A stretch of 64,000 nucleotides of DNA from Eledone cirrhosa (GCA_964016885.1 OZ024746.1:22134001-22198000), one strand, 5' to 3'. Counted from the first letter of the stretch, positions 1 to 14,523 are shown. Translations and numbers: made by a program. Notes: generated by a model not told the origin, from the letters alone.

Positions 1-946
1 CAATGCAGTATTCGCCCCATAGGTTGTTATCCAATTGTAGCAGTTAAAGTATGTCCTTAACCCTTTCATTACTATATTTCTATTGAAAGATACTGACAAT
101 AATTTTTGAATAATTATGAAAATAATCAAGAATTTGGAAGGCCTTGGGCCAATTGATGGAAACTCAACCATCATCATCATCAAGCTAAATGAAACTTGGC
201 AAGAGCATTCATACTCAGTTTCTAAGTTATACGTCATATTCATGAAGTAAGTGCTACAATCTGCTGCAATCCATACATGTGCAGCCACCAACATGGACCA
301 ATGAAGAAGCCGCTACGCAATACTAGAAATAGCAACCAAATCTCCAAGTACATGTCCAGCCACAAACTCAGCTCAACAAGGGTGTCACTACAGAATCACT
401 TGACTTGTTAGAAATAGCAGCCAAATACCCCTCATATTACACTCCATTATGTTAACAAGGGAGGATAATTTGGACATTATAGTACTAAATATTAAATATC
501 TAATAAAAAAAATAGGGTGTTCATTATTGGAACATCTTTGATCATAAGTCAGCTTAGTCAGTGTTGACCTGGTGCTAAACAACACCAATAACACAGCACC
601 ATCACCACCTATAACAATATCACTACCAACAATAACAATAATACCACAACTATTACCACCTACAACATCAACACCTCTAACACCATCACCACCATCACCA
701 CCACCATCACCACCACCATCACCACCACCACCACCATCACCACCACCATCACCACCACCACCACCATCACCAATCTAAACACATCAACACCTTAGAATGC
801 TGCAACAATATACATGCTTTAAATACACTCTCTCTGTCACATTAACCAAACAAATGCAAAACACACACTCACATACATGTTTAACAAAGATACATAGACA
901 TGTATTCAACCTACATATATATGCAGCATATACACAGATTGTTCAG

Positions 947-1536
947 CATCATCATCATCATCCACATCATCATCATTTAACGTCCATCTTCCACGCTTGC
1001 ATGCGTTTGGACGGCAATTTTCCTACTTGAGGCAAGATTGGTTGTCTTGCTCGTATAGGACTATCTGGCGGGTTTTCTACGGCTGGATGCCCTTCCTAAC
1101 ACCAACCACGTTTACAGTGTGGACTGGGAGTTTTTACTGTGTTACCTACATGGCCACATTACAGCGTGGACTGTGTGTTTTTTTTTTGTCGTGACACCTA
1201 CACGACCTCATTTGTTTCGGACTGGATGTTGTGGTACCAACATAACTTTACATTGAAAGGGGTGGTGTGGATGGGGTGGGGGCAGTGGGACGGGGGTGTA
1301 TTTTTGTTAGAGGTGCCTACTGGCTGTAGGTTTCGCTTTGGACTTAGGCAAGGCGGGTCTTCTGTATTACTGTGTAGCGCCAAAGATCTCGGTCCAGTGA
1401 CATTGTCTTGGAGAGGTGTAAGTGTGTGAGGTCGGAATTTATCAAGTCGTCCCAGGTTTTTCTGGGTCTGCCTACTCCGTGGCTACTGTCTATTTTTATC
1501 GCCCTGCACTGTTTTATACAGCTGTCGTCTTTCATG
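947..1536 (-). mobile_element. 3' fragment of the same RTE family
   Basis: Reverse-strand match to about 13915-14523 (MKDDSCIK...GRPRKTWDDLINSDL) with a (CAT)n tail. Confidence 0.9.
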
Positions 1537-1957
1537 TTCAATATGTTAAATATACATACATACATATAGGCACTTCCATACAATGCATACACACTTACAT
1601 ACATACATGTTCAAAATACATTTTAAATATACATACATACACATATATAGACACTTTCATACAATGCATACACACTTACATACATACATGTTCAACATAC
1701 ATGCATATATACTCACTACATACATATATATGCACAGCAAAATAGTTACAATATTGATATAACTAGAGCTTCAAGACATAAGTAAATAGACTGCTTGATA
1801 AAACAGTTACTGCATTTTATATTTGTGACATTGCATTTCACAAGCTGGACAACAGAGTAGTAGTAAGCCTCTTATATAGAGTCCAGGTGGAAGTGTAACT
1901 GTAATATAACCAAGTTTGTTATTCTTTAGCTCCAGGTCAGTAGATGTCGATTATGTG

Positions 1958-2075
1958 CAGGTCCCCCCCCCCCCCAAAAAAAAATGTTGTGTACACACTT
2001 TGATTACCTGAACAGGCAATATTTATTAGAATGCTGTTGAAGTGTCTATAAATTTTTTTTGGGGGGGACACCCTG
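1958..2075. mobile_element. Small Tc1-like MITE remnant
   Basis: CAGGTC(n)A(n) at the left end, T(n)G(n)ACACCCTG-TA at the right end. Confidence 0.5.
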
Positions 2076-2395
2076 TATATATGTTTTTAACTAACCCCAG
2101 GTTAGTTAAGATATGTTGTTTCTTAGCTCCCATCCCAGGTCAGTTGAGATCAAGTAGATAATCATTAGCATAGTTGTAATGGCCATTTTCCATGCTAGCA
2201 AAGGTTGGACGGGTCTACATAAACCAAGTCAGTATTGAAGTACTTACTGACCTCTCAGACAGGCTGAGGGGACAGCATCTCACTTATGTGTGGTCTCGCG
2301 TTCTACTGAGTACTAGCTGAGTTATCATGTAAAGCTCCATAAGTGGTTTATACAATGGTGTAAGACTTCAGTTTCTAAACATTTGATTAACTCCG

Positions 2396-2889
2396 TTAAC
2401 TCTTAACATCTAATGATTAACCCTTTAGCATTCACATTACTCTATATATACTATTATATTTTCATGGTAAAGGCTTTACCTCACATAATATCTCGCATAA
2501 TATCGAATCTATGAGATTTTGAAAGTATTTATTTTGAGAACAATACCTTAACATCAGTTTGAGCGCTCAGTTACAAACAGTTTCAACAGAAAAAGGTAGA
2601 GAATTCTGGCCGGTTTTGGCCAGTTTGAACATTAAAGGGTTAAGCAGAAGATATCCAAAAACAAGTTTCTTCATTCAAATATTATAAGCTATATTATAGC
2701 ATCTCAGTGCATGAGTACATTCTCTTTATATTAAATATTATAGTGTTTTACTAGTGGACAGATCATTCTGAAAATTTGCAGTATTAAAGTAGTCTTTAAT
2801 TTTTAATGTGATGCAGTCATATTTCTATTTTGTTCTTTTCAAGAATGCTTTGCTAACGTGGTTTCATGTGGTACAGGATGTTGAGTTAA
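2396..2889. mobile_element. Nested TTAA-bounded (piggyBac-like) MITEs: inner element 2421-2639 inside outer element 2400-2885
   Basis: Inner element: TTAA-CCCTTTAGCATTCA...TGAACATTAAAGGG-TTAA. Outer element: TTAA-CTCTTAACATC...GATGTTGAG-TTAA. Confidence 0.65.
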
Positions 2890-4099
2890 TATAGGTCTAC
2901 TCATACCATCTAAAATGCAGTGAACCCATTAAAAATAGACAATTTTTCACAAATTGCAATATATATTCATCATCATCATTTAACATCCATTCTCTCTGCT
3001 AACAAGGGTTGGACAGGTCATTGCTACAGATACCTTAGGTGGGCCAGGAGGGCACATCTCCTTTACATATCTTTCCACACTAGGTACATTTTATTGTCAT
3101 ACCAGAATTAGGGAGGTTGTTATGTCTTTGACAGAACTGAAAAGTTCTCTCAACCCTTGTGACATAGTCTCTTGCTGTAGCTGGATGGGATGCCCTTCCT
3201 ATCACCATTTTACAGAGGGTACTGGGTGGGTTGATGTTGATCAAATTTTATCAGCTAGCTATCTTGTGTTCTTGAATAAAATATTTCATTTCATGTTGCT
3301 CCTTCCTCCAAGAGTTGCAATGGACAGATACTAGCAGCAATGGAAAGACCAATGGGAACCTTGTTTCCTTGATCTAATGTAATGATTGGCTACTTTTTTT
3401 TTTTTTTCCTAATAATATAACTCACTTTCTCGTTATTAAGTTGGTGTTTGGAACATAACTTAACAAAGTTTCTTATATAAAATTATGATGGAAGGTTTTT
3501 TAAATAAATATATATGCATCAGTTTAAAAGTTCATAGGCTGACCAAGATACTCTCGCGGAATGACCAAATGAGGTTTATTTTTCAACATAGTTCCCAGAA
3601 AAAAAAAGATGGTTATTAATATGAAGAGTTGAAATTAATGCATGCAAGATATTTCACAGCTCTAGCATTACTCCTTCATAGTCAGACTGTGAATTTTTCA
3701 GCCTATGCTCGTAAACATATTAAAAAAAGTTTTGCATGGGAAAGACCAAGGGTAGTTTCAGGTGGTTTGGTATCAAAAGGGATAATCAATGTTATTTCTG
3801 GGGATTAGAAGGTGAAATAACTGGTGAGCACTACTTCAAGTGGCAGGGGTTTGTTTGAAGAGAGATTTCACAGCTGTGTTAATAGTAGTCTGATTTGTTT
3901 ATGTAGATGTTGCTGTTGTCTTGTTGACTTTTGTTTAATGAGGCTTGTCAGAAGTCTAGTAATGAAACAACTCTGTGGTTTTACCACCAAGGTCTGTGTG
4001 TTTTCCTTGTTTTTGTAGCAGGTCACTGAAGACATTCTTATCCAATAAGAAATTGTCTTATGAAATAGTCACCATCATCATCATCATCATCATCATATT

Positions 4100-4430
4100 C
4101 ATCATGCCAAACCAATCCGATCCAAGGCCTTCTCACTCCTGTTGCAGGAACTCCATCTTGGTTGACCTCCACTGCTTTCTTTGGTTTTGGTCATATCTTC
4201 AGGTGTGTAGCTGTACTCAACACACTTGATTACAGGTTGATAAGGCAATTTAATCCATAGTTTGAGTGGATGGCCATTGACTCCGAGTAGTTCATCTACC
4301 CTTTTAACAACTCTTTGTTGTTTTTTTTGTGCTGCTGGTGTTCCAGTTACCTTCCTCGCCAGACCAGGGTTTGGTGGGAGAGCTGGTTTAGTCATCAATC
4401 ATTCAACCATCAAGCAGGTAATCAGTTGTT
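4100..4430 (-). mobile_element. Diverged solo copy of the RTE-type 5' head
   Basis: GGATGGCCATTGACTC...TTTAACA...GTTTAGTC...ACCAT...CAGGT aligns with the reverse complement of about 40665-40820. Confidence 0.6.
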
Positions 4431-4722
4431 ATTTGCCATCCTGTCAAATGTTGGGAAGGCTGTCACAGAGCAAATCAGTACATAATTGGAGCTACTGACC
4501 TCCTTACATATATGGCATGGTTTCTACAGCTGGATGCTCTTCCGATACTAATCCCTCCACATAGTAGAGTGTGTCTAACAGAAATATTTTTTGGTAATTA
4601 TTCCCCCCACCCCAACAACTGCACAAACACTTCCTTGTTGCTCATACCAAAATAAATGCAGTTTTGCAGCCATTGGCCTACAAGAAACCTAATACCAACA
4701 GTGGTATTGTTTACAAAGTGCA

Positions 4723-4762
<40 letters not shown>

Positions 4763-6730
4763 CAGAGAATAAACAAACACTATGAATAGTAAATTTATCA
4801 GATCAAATATAAGAAAATTGTTGTTATTTTCCTAGTGATACAATCTTTTTACTGCACCTCAGATATAGCAGAAAGCAAGGAATATATCAGAGGGACATGA
4901 TGAAATTATCTGATGATAACAGGAAATAAATAGACAAGGAAGTATATATGTTTATTAGATAACAAAGAAACGTGACTCTACCACAATACAACATTAGTTC
5001 AACACAGGTTTGCAAGATTACATCTCTTGCTAAAAAAAAAAATCTATAAATATTTTAAAGTCATATATTTATATAAACGTGTACGCACATGCATTAGAGG
5101 AAGGATACCTGTGGTAGAAGCTGGGACTGAACAAAACATGGGAAAGAATAGTGAGGTATAGCTGCCAGATACAACATATGATATAATGTAAAAGAATAAG
5201 CGAGCTTGGATGAACTGAGAGAAAAACTGAGTATAAGAGGAATCAGAAGTAGTGTGCAAGACAGAAGACTGCATTGACCTATGATCTAAGAGGTCCATGC
5301 CATCACCATTCTGTCTTTTAACTCCAGGAAAGATATTGATGTTAAAAAGTAATGCCATCAGTAAAATCATGGGAGAATGTTGAATCAAAAAGAAGAATGA
5401 GGCCAAGAGTATTTTTAATATGTACTCATCTTTCTTCCTCTATATCTCTTTCTCACTCCCTCTCTCTCACGTTCTATACATTTCTCTGTAAGGAATGCAT
5501 TCAGACCTGGAGAGAGATAGGCTATGCCAGGTTTAAAAATACCCAAGAAATGCTGTGTGCCACTACAGTGTTCCTAGGACTCCATCAAGAGTTATGGGAC
5601 CATACCATACCATACCAATATTATATTCATTATCTCATTTCAAAACATAGCAACCAGGTGTTGCTCCTGTTGTTTGTTGTTATTTCTGCTGTTTCCTGTC
5701 TACAACAACTCCCAGTGTTCAGGTCAGAACAACAACAACAACTCTCATACTACTCGGGTCACTTTGATGTGTTACCTTGTGAATTTACCCCATCAGCATT
5801 ATCTGCTATAATTAAAGTTCCCACACACTCTCCCTTTAAAAGTTTGTGACCTTCTTAACCCTCTTTGCCTGCCCTCTCTGTCAGATCTCTTAGGCAACTG
5901 AATATATTAAACTGGTTTGCACACAACAAGCTAACAAGAAAGCCAGCATGTGGTCTCTAGACTTGCTAGAAATACCAGTTAAGCTGCCTTATCCCACTCT
6001 ACAGGTAAAAATGGGTTGGCATGCAGGAGAATGTAGTACTAGATACATTGTACATGAAAAAAATGAATAAATAAAAACAAAAACAAACAATGCCAGGGAT
6101 ATTCATAGCATGAATACCTTTGATCATTGTGGGATCAGTGTTGACTCAGGGTTAAACAAGTTCTCATTCTCTAAATAAGATATAATGTATTTTAAGATAC
6201 TTTTATTGCCATTGTAAAGGGCCATAAATATATGTCACAAAGCATGTTGTCTGAAACCCTACCAATATTGCCATTGTTGCTGTTTTTTATACATTAAACA
6301 TACATATAATGATAACATGTCTTTTTTATACATTATACATACATTATACATACATTTAATGTTATACTGATAAGATAATATGTATTACATATAACCTGAT
6401 GTCTCTTTACATTATACATACATGTAATGTTTTACTGATAAGCTATTATATATCACATATAACAAAATGTCTCTTTTATATATTATACATAGAGAACATT
6501 GAAGTCAACTTTGCCTTTCATCTATTCAAGGTTAAAAAAAAGTACCAGTCTAATACTGGGGTCGATTCTTCTATATCTCTTTCTCACTTCTACTCTCTCA
6601 CTTTCTACCGTTCTCTGGAAAAAATCTGCTGCATTCAGACCTGAAGAGGAGATTGGTTCTGCCAGGTTTAAAAAATGCCTGTATGTCAATATGGTGCCAC
6701 TATAACTCCCTCAGGAGTTATGGGTCCATA

Positions 6731-7308
6731 CATCATCATCATCATCACCGTTTTACGTCCGTTCTTCCACGCTAGCATGGGTTAGACGGGTTGTCCTGTT
6801 GTGGGCAGTGTCTGGTTGGCTGACCTTGTCTTGCTCATACAGGAACTGATTTGGCTTGATTTCTACAGCTGGATGCCCTTCCTAACACCAACCTCATTTA
6901 CAGTGAGTGCTGGGTACTTTTTCGTGGCGCCTACACGTCCACTTTACAGTGAGTGCTGGGTGCTTTTTCGTGGCGCCTACACGTCCACTTTACAGTGAGT
7001 GCTGGGTGCTTTTTCGTGGTGCCTACACATCCACTTTACAGTGTGGACTGGGTGCTTTTTTGCCGTGGCACCTCCACGACCACCTTGCAGTGGGAGGGTG
7101 TGGGGCATATTGTCTATATGCTTCAGCTTGTATCCATGGGAGGTTGTGTACTCTGTATTACTGTGTGACGCCAGAGGTCACGGTCATGTGTCATCGCCTT
7201 TGAGAAGTGTAATTGGGTAAGGTCGGCTTTTATCACCTCATCCCAGGTCATCTTGGGTCTCCCCACTCCGTGGTTTCCATCGACTTCTAGTGCTCTGCAC
7301 CTTTTTAC
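6731..7308 (-). mobile_element. 3' fragment of a related RTE subfamily with four 46-bp tandem units in its UTR
   Basis: Encodes GVGRPKMTWDEVIKADL, has a (CAT)n tail and shows a 46-bp periodicity at about 6897-7090. Confidence 0.88.
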
Positions 7309-7889
7309 ATATATGTAATGATATATTAAGGCAATATTATTCAAGGTTCACTTTGCCTTTCATCCTTTCTTTTATAAATTATGTAGATATGTGATATATT
7401 AACATTATATCACACATATATATAACATATTGTCTCTTTTATACATTATACATACATGTAACGATATATTAAGATATCATTACATTACATGGTATCTCTT
7501 TTATACATTATACATAGATGTAATGACATATAAAGATATTATTACATCACATATAACATGGTATCTCTTATACATCTATCTATATCTATATGTGTGTGTG
7601 TGTTGGTATCTCTTATACATCTATCTCTGTGTGTGTATGTGTGCATGATGATATTAAGGTATTAAGGTAATATATCATGTATAATATGGTATCAAGTATT
7701 TTTAATGTACTTCACTGGTACATGTGTATTTTTTGGCAGCAAAGTGCTACATGTGCACCCATTTCTCTTCTAAAGCAATTTTAATACTCATTTTTTTTAT
7801 ATATAAAACTTGGTATGCACCAACACGTTAGCATTTTGTTCAATGTTCCATGGATTAAAAAGTGTTGAAAGTCACTGATAAAGGGATTC

Positions 7890-8020
7890 CTGATAGAACC
7901 AGCTGTCTTTTTCTATGTATATTGTATCTAGGACTACATTATCTAATGTATTCTTCCTGTTTTATTTTTAAGACAGTAGAATGTCATTTGAGGGAGATTT
8001 GGCTACTATTTCTGGTAGGT
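7890..8020 (+). repeat. Unclassified dispersed repeat with the core ATTTGAGGGAGATTTGGCTRCTATTTCT; copies near 405, 5965, 28075, 37955, 39445 and 44485
   Basis: The same motif with shared flanks recurs on both strands. Confidence 0.6.
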
Positions 8021-10132
8021 CTAAAAACTCCTTCATTGACTTGAAAGGAATATTTGGTGTGAAAGGAATATTTGGTCACAGGCATAGCTGAGTAGTTAGG
8101 TTTGCTTCACAATCAAAAGGTCCTGAGTTCAATCCCCCTGCATGGTATATTGTCATTAACCATAGCCTCAGTCTGACCCATGCCATGTGAGTGAAATTGG
8201 GTAGATAGTAACTGTGTGGAAACCTGTCAAATTCATTGTACCTGTCAAATGTTATCATGTTGATTCAGCTTAGGAATGATATTAAAAGTATTCATGTCTA
8301 TGAATTACTCAACCACTTACACATTAATTCATGAGTTGGATGCCTCTTTGATCAAACCAATGAAGGCTTATCATCAAAAACCAATGCAAGATCCCTCATC
8401 ATCACCATCACCACTATCACCACCATCACTACCATCATCATTACCATCATCATCACCATCACTATCATCATCATTACCATCATCACCATCACTATCATCA
8501 TCATTACCATCATCACCACCATCATCACCATCACCACCACCATCATCACCATCACCATCACCACCACCATCACTATCATCATCATTACCTTCATCATCTA
8601 CATCACTGTCACCATCACCACCACCATCATCATTACCATCATCATCTACATCACTGTCACCATCACCATCAGTAGCGCTATCCCCATTAACATCATCATC
8701 ATCATCACCACTATCATCACTATCACTATCAACATCATCCTCAATCATCTAGTCCAGGCTCTAATCTTTCTTTGCAACAGTTCAGCTGGGTTTCTTAACA
8801 GTACTCTAATCACTATAATCTATTGTTGACATGGTGTCAGTTGTTTAAGACATTCTCACATATTTGCTGTTATAATGTTTATTATTTGTTGAATAGTTTA
8901 GAAAGCTCCAGAAAGAATAGACCCTACACTTTCACAGATTTACTGTTTCTATTTAAGTTGCCCTATTTGTCTTAATTTCATTTTAAACCATTTTATATTC
9001 AATTAGCCTGACAAAGTTCTTTTCTCAACTCTTAACATCCAGTAATTTTTTTTAGGATGATTTGTTTTTAGTTTCTAACCAACTGGACCATTTTGGATAG
9101 GCATCCAGCCATAGAAAGCTTGCCAAACAATGGTTGGGAGGACTTGCCAAACAATGGTTGGGAGGACTTGCCAGTCGTGTTAAGAACATGAGAGCCTCTC
9201 TAGTGATGGTGATTTACATAAATGCACCTCGAACACTCTGTACTCTGGTTGGTGATAGGAAGGGCATCCAGCCATAGATAGCTTACCAAACAAAGGGCTG
9301 GAAAGACCTTTCAGTTGTGTCAAAGACACAACATCCTCTCCAGCCTATCCCTGAGGTCAGTAGCCCCACTTCAATATTGACTTGGTCTATGTAGAGCTGT
9401 CCAGCCCTTGATAGCAGGCAAAGGCATATATGACATTATGCTGATTGTTAGCAGGGAAAGCAAATGTTAAACAACAAGGATGATGATCCTATAACTATTT
9501 AGCAGAAAATATCTAAAAGCCAGTTTGTTAATTCAAATATTTATAGTATTTTTACTACTGAATAGATTGTTTTGAAAATTTATAATAAACTAAAGTAAAT
9601 ACTTCAGTTTTTTATGTTATACATGAGGATGTTTTGTACTGTTCAAGAATATTTTGATAATGTCGTTTCATGCCGTACAGGACACTAGGAGTTAAACCAT
9701 GTTATACTCAATCAATCCCATAAGCTTCTTTTAATTTCTTTTGCTTAAAATATCCTAAGGTTATTCTTATTTGTTTTTCTTCTCACTACATATTTAGCTG
9801 CTAAGTAGGATCTACAAGATCTAGAGGAGATTTGAAGCACTTTAAGCTGTTCCAAACATCAAAAGGGATTTCTTTGCTGATGAATTACACACGAGTTTAC
9901 TTGAGGTGTATGATCAATGATGTTATGTTTATTTGTAAAAGCTAGTTAATGGAGAAGAGAAGCAAGAATCAACTGAGCTTAGTAAAGATTAGCACAGCAG
10001 TTGTTAAACGTTCTAATATCAAAACTTCCTAAGAATGTACATAAATTTACTGCTTCAACTGCTTCCTTTTTTAACCCATTTGTTATCATATTTCTAATGA
10101 AAAACATTGCCTACGATTTTCAAATTATTTTG

Positions 10133-10303
10133 AGTACTTTACAGCAAAGAGGACAATAGATTATGGTAGAAGTACTTTACAGCAAAGAAGACAATAGTTG
10201 TGGTAGAAGTACTTTACGCCAGAGAAGACAATAGTTGTGGTAGAAGTACTTTACGGCAGAGAAGACAATAGTTATCGTAGAAGTACTTTACGACAGAGAA
10301 GAC
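10133..10303. repeat. 37-bp tandem repeat, about 4.5 copies
   Basis: Unit AGAAGTACTTTACRGCARAGAAGACAATAGTTRTGGT. Confidence 0.9.
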
Positions 10304-10486
10304 AAAAAAAATAGAGATTACTGTTACAACAGTCATGACTTCCAATTGTTCAGTTTTAAAACATTACAGCAGAAATTATGAGATCTTGGGTTTCTCACGT
10401 AACAGCAGTACTTCTCATGAACCATTCTGTTATCATATTTCTAATGAAAGACACAGTTTCTAAAAACTAATCTCATACAGTCTCCT

Positions 10487-11220
10487 TTAACTATTCCATT
10501 ACCATATTTCTAACAAAATACACTGCCTATGATTTTAAAATAATTTTCAAAATATTAAAGAATTTAGAGATATATTGTAAAAACTTTCTTATTATTAAGC
10601 TGGTGTTGGGAGTCTAACAAGAGGTTCTTATAAATTATGATGTAAGGCTTTTAAGTAAATATAAACATTTTGTAAAATAATTAGAGGCAGTTTCAGGCAG
10701 TTTGGAGGAATTTAGTAATAACTTTCTCGTTATTAAGTTGGTGTTTGAAAAATTATTTAACAAGAGGTTCATTCATAAAAATTACGATTGAATACAAGTG
10801 GCCAAAATGGGATTCCTCTGAAGGGTCATTGGAGTAATGTTATTCGACAGTGTGTGTTACTCAGAGGCACTCCAGGTAGAGCTGCTACTTCTCTGAATTG
10901 AGAGATCACAGCTCCGATACTACAGGCATGTGGTTAGAATGTCTCAGGAAAAAATCTACCAGGGGTAGGCTTTGAACAAGATGGTTGCATAACATGCAGG
11001 AGCTTGGCTGATCTCGCATGGGGATCCAGCTTGATCAGTTGGAGATGATTGCTTCTGACAAGACCTGCTGGAAGGAGTGTTTAAGGACTCTGCCCCAATG
11101 ACCCTCTCAGGAATAAGTGGGCAAAGAAGGTTTTTAGATAAATATAAACATTTTGAAATAAACATCTTTGTATTGTAGAACTAGAGGTGGTTTCAGGCAG
11201 TTTGGTGTCAAAAGGGTTAA
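10487..11220. mobile_element. Abundant AT-rich piggyBac-like MITE, here interrupted by a Rex3-like fragment; more than ten copies or fragments, e.g. 58-140, 16289-16813, 35139-35496 and 63206-63360
   Basis: Family ends approximate TTAA-CCCTTTCATTACCATATTTCT... and ...CAGTTTGGTATCAAAAGGG-TTAA. Confidence 0.65.
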
Positions 11221-12682
11221 GCTAACCAAGAAGGAATTAAATAATTAGAAGAGAACTAATTTCAGTTAAATAATAAAGGTTTCTAATTTTGGTACAAGAT
11301 CAGCAATTTTAGGGTAAGGGCACGTTGGTTGAATTGACTCCATTATCAGACTGATACATTTAATTTATCGACCTCAGAAAGATGAAAGACACCTTCAATG
11401 ATATACCTTCACAAATAATGACTTTGCACACCCGGTGGTCCCACTTCCTAGTAGAATATCTACCAAAGAAGACCTGTTGACAACCTCTAATTCATCCTCA
11501 AATCTGTTTTATCTTCTGCCTGGTGAAATGTTCACATCCTGTTCCACTTTTAACTCCAACCCACCACCCCTCTTAACTCCAACCCACCACCCCTCTTGCA
11601 TTATAACATCTCAACCAGAACTCACTGAAATGATATTTCTTTCCTCTTCAAACCAGCAGCTTCAATTTTAAACAATTCTTGTAAAAATATATAAAATAAA
11701 ATAAATATATAGAAGAGAAAACTTCTTTTGAAGTTTCGTTAAATATGAGGAAGATCTTAAGAACTTGCAAAAGTTACTACTAAAACCTGTGTGTCTGTGT
11801 CTGAATGAAATTGGGCGGATGGGGAGGTCAGTTGCTCTTCCTGTTTTCATGACCCCACTCATTGCTATCTATAATATACTTGTTATATGTTAAGTGACCA
11901 ACTCATCTCTATAAACTTCAAACTCTTACCTACTACGTACCTCAAAATACTGCCATTTCCATATTACTTCTTTATTTTCTTCCTCTTCTTTTTCTTTTTC
12001 CTTCCTTTTCTTCAATGTTCACACTTGTTTATTCATACAGCTGGCTTACATTTCTTCCCATTCAACTTCCCGTGTAGCATTAAATTCATGTTAAAACATG
12101 GGTTTCCTTCAGGGCACACCTTTTATTTCCCCCTCCCCCATATACATACATACACACACACAAATGCACACACACACACATACACACACACACCTACTGT
12201 TCCATCATCTTTCCCCTCAGTTTTCATCAATCCATCTGTTCTGTTATTTTAAATGAAAGTGATGTGTAGGAAATCCTAATCTTATCTAAGTTTACGCTAT
12301 CTTATTTTTTTTTTAGCAGTATATAAGTGTATATTTCCTTATTTCCAGTGGCTGGAAAACAACAGCCTGGACTTGTCACTTTGGCATCTGTCACCCCCCC
12401 CCCCCCCCCCCCCCCCCCACACACACACACCTTCTCCATCCACTTCCAACTTCCTCCACCCTCCCAGGATTTTTTCATTCAATAAACCAATTGAGTAGTA
12501 GAAATAAACTATTTCAACATTTTATGTAACAAAACAATAATTTTTTTTGTTTTAAATTAATATGCATTATATATTTTTAAAGTACCAGTAATGCACTGGG
12601 TAATTGCTGGCCTTGTGCCTAAAGTAGAAACAATTATATATTTTTAACAAATATATGAGCATGTATGTCTAATATATATATA

Positions 12683-12719
<37 letters not shown>

Positions 12720-12724
<5 letters not shown>

Positions 12725-14135
12725 GGTCGCAGAAAGAGTTATAGCACAACTAATCAGAGAGCGAATTGATCTAGATGAAATTCAGTTTGGGTTTGTGTCT
12801 GGTAAAAGTACCACAGACGCTCTTTTCCTTGTACGACAACTACAGTAGAAGTACCTAGCTAAAAGTAAACCCCTCTACTTAGCTTTTGTAGACCTGGAAA
12901 AAGCCTTTGACAGAGTCCCATGCTCCATTATCTGGTGGGCTCTTAGAAAACTAGGTGTAGATGAATGGCTTGTGAGAGCTATACAAGCCATGTATAAAGA
13001 AACGGTCAGTAAGGTTAGAATTAACAATGAATATAGTGAAGAATTTAGTGTAAAAGTTGTTCATCAAGGCTCTGTCCTTAGCTCCCTCCTATTTATTATT
13101 GCCCTTCAGGATATAACAGAGGAGTTTAAGACCGGCTGCCCATGGGAACTCCTATATGCAGATGATCTAACTCTCATAGCTGAATCTATGACTGAACTAG
13201 AGAAGAAATTCCAAACATGGAAGCCTGGCCTAGAATCAAAAGGCCTTAAAGTTAAGTTGTCTCAGACTAAAGTTCTAGTTTGTAGAAAGGAAAATAGGGC
13301 ACAGGTGCCCTCAGGGAAATGGCCATACTCAGTGTGTAGGAAAGGAGTAGGTAGAAATTCCATTTTATGTCCCAAATGCAAACTATGGGTACAGAAAATA
13401 TGTAGTGGGATCACAGGTAAACTATCTAAGAACGTAGATTTTATATGTGGCTGTTGCTCAGGTGTAATAAGTAGCAAGTGCCCACAGGATACTAGCTCCT
13501 TCTATTGCCCAGATGGTTATATAGAAATAGTGGACACTTTCCGTTACCTGGGTGACAAAATCAGCAGTGGTGGAGGGTGTTCTGAAAGTACAGTAGCCAG
13601 AGTCATAACTGGATGGAAAAAGTTCAGAGAACTTATACTGCTGTTGGCCACAAAAGGTTTCTCTCTAAAAATCAAAGGCAGATTGTATGATTCCTCTATA
13701 TGAACAGCAATGATACATGGCAGTGAGACATGGGCATTGTGTGTAGAGCACCTGTGCAGACTGGAAAGGAACAAAGCATACATGCTCCGTTGGACGTGTA
13801 ATAGTAATATACGTGAACAGCAAAGCATAAATGAACTAAGTGAGAAATTAGGAATAAGAGGGATCAGATGCTGTTTACTTGAGAGAAGACTACATTGGTA
13901 TGGTCGTGTCATGTGCATGAAAGACGACAGCTGTATAAAAAAGTACAGGGCAATCAAAATTGATGGAAGTTATGGAGTAGGTAGATCCAGAAAAACCTGG
14001 GGCGATTTGATAAATTCCGACCTTACACACTTGCACCTCTCTAAGACAATGTCACTGGACCGAGATCTTTGGTACTACACAGTAATACAGAAGACTCACC
14101 TTGCCTATGTACAAAGCGAAACCTACAGTCAGTAG
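12720..14135 (+). pseudogene. Defective RTE reverse transcriptase ORF
   Basis: One reading frame broken by TAG at 12846-12848 and TGA at 13701-13703. The endonuclease domain is absent. Confidence 0.9.
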
Positions 14136-14523
14136 GTACCTCTTAATCAAATATACACCCCAATCCACTACCCCTACTCTATCCTCCCACTCCCACCAAC
14201 ACACCCTCTCTCTGTAAAGCTGGTACCACAACATTCAATCCAAATAAATGAGATGAGATTGAGATCGTGTAGGTGTCACGACAAAAAAAAAAAATCACAC
14301 ACTCCACGCTGTAATGTGGCCATGTAGGTAACATGGTAAAAAGTTCCCAGTCCACACTGTAAATGTGGTTGGTGTTAGGAAGGACATCCAGCCGTAGAAA
14401 ACGTGCCAGATAGTCCTATATGAGCGAGACACAGTCACCCTACCAACTTTGCCTCAAGTGGGACAAGTCCCATCTAACCCATGCTAGCGTGGAAGATAGA
14501 CATTAAACGATGATGATGATGAT
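12720..14523 (+). mobile_element. 5'-truncated RTE-clade non-LTR retrotransposon (LINE) with a (GAT)n tail, inserted in a (TA)n tract
   Basis: RT motifs QFGF, AFVDLEKAFDRVP, HQGSVLS, LLYADD and FRYLG, followed by RRLHWYGRV and GRSRKTW. A 3' UTR of about 390 bp ends in TAAAC(GAT)n. Confidence 0.95.

Noticed and set aside
8276-8752. Asp/Gly-rich ORF resembling a biomineralisation protein, and a Ser/Pro-rich ORF
   Set aside because: A degenerate CAT/CAC microsatellite with no signal peptide or exon boundaries.
10133-10303. CRISPR-like periodicity of about 37 bp (also 55880-56400)
   Set aside because: Head-to-tail units with no unique spacers and no cas genes, in a eukaryotic context.
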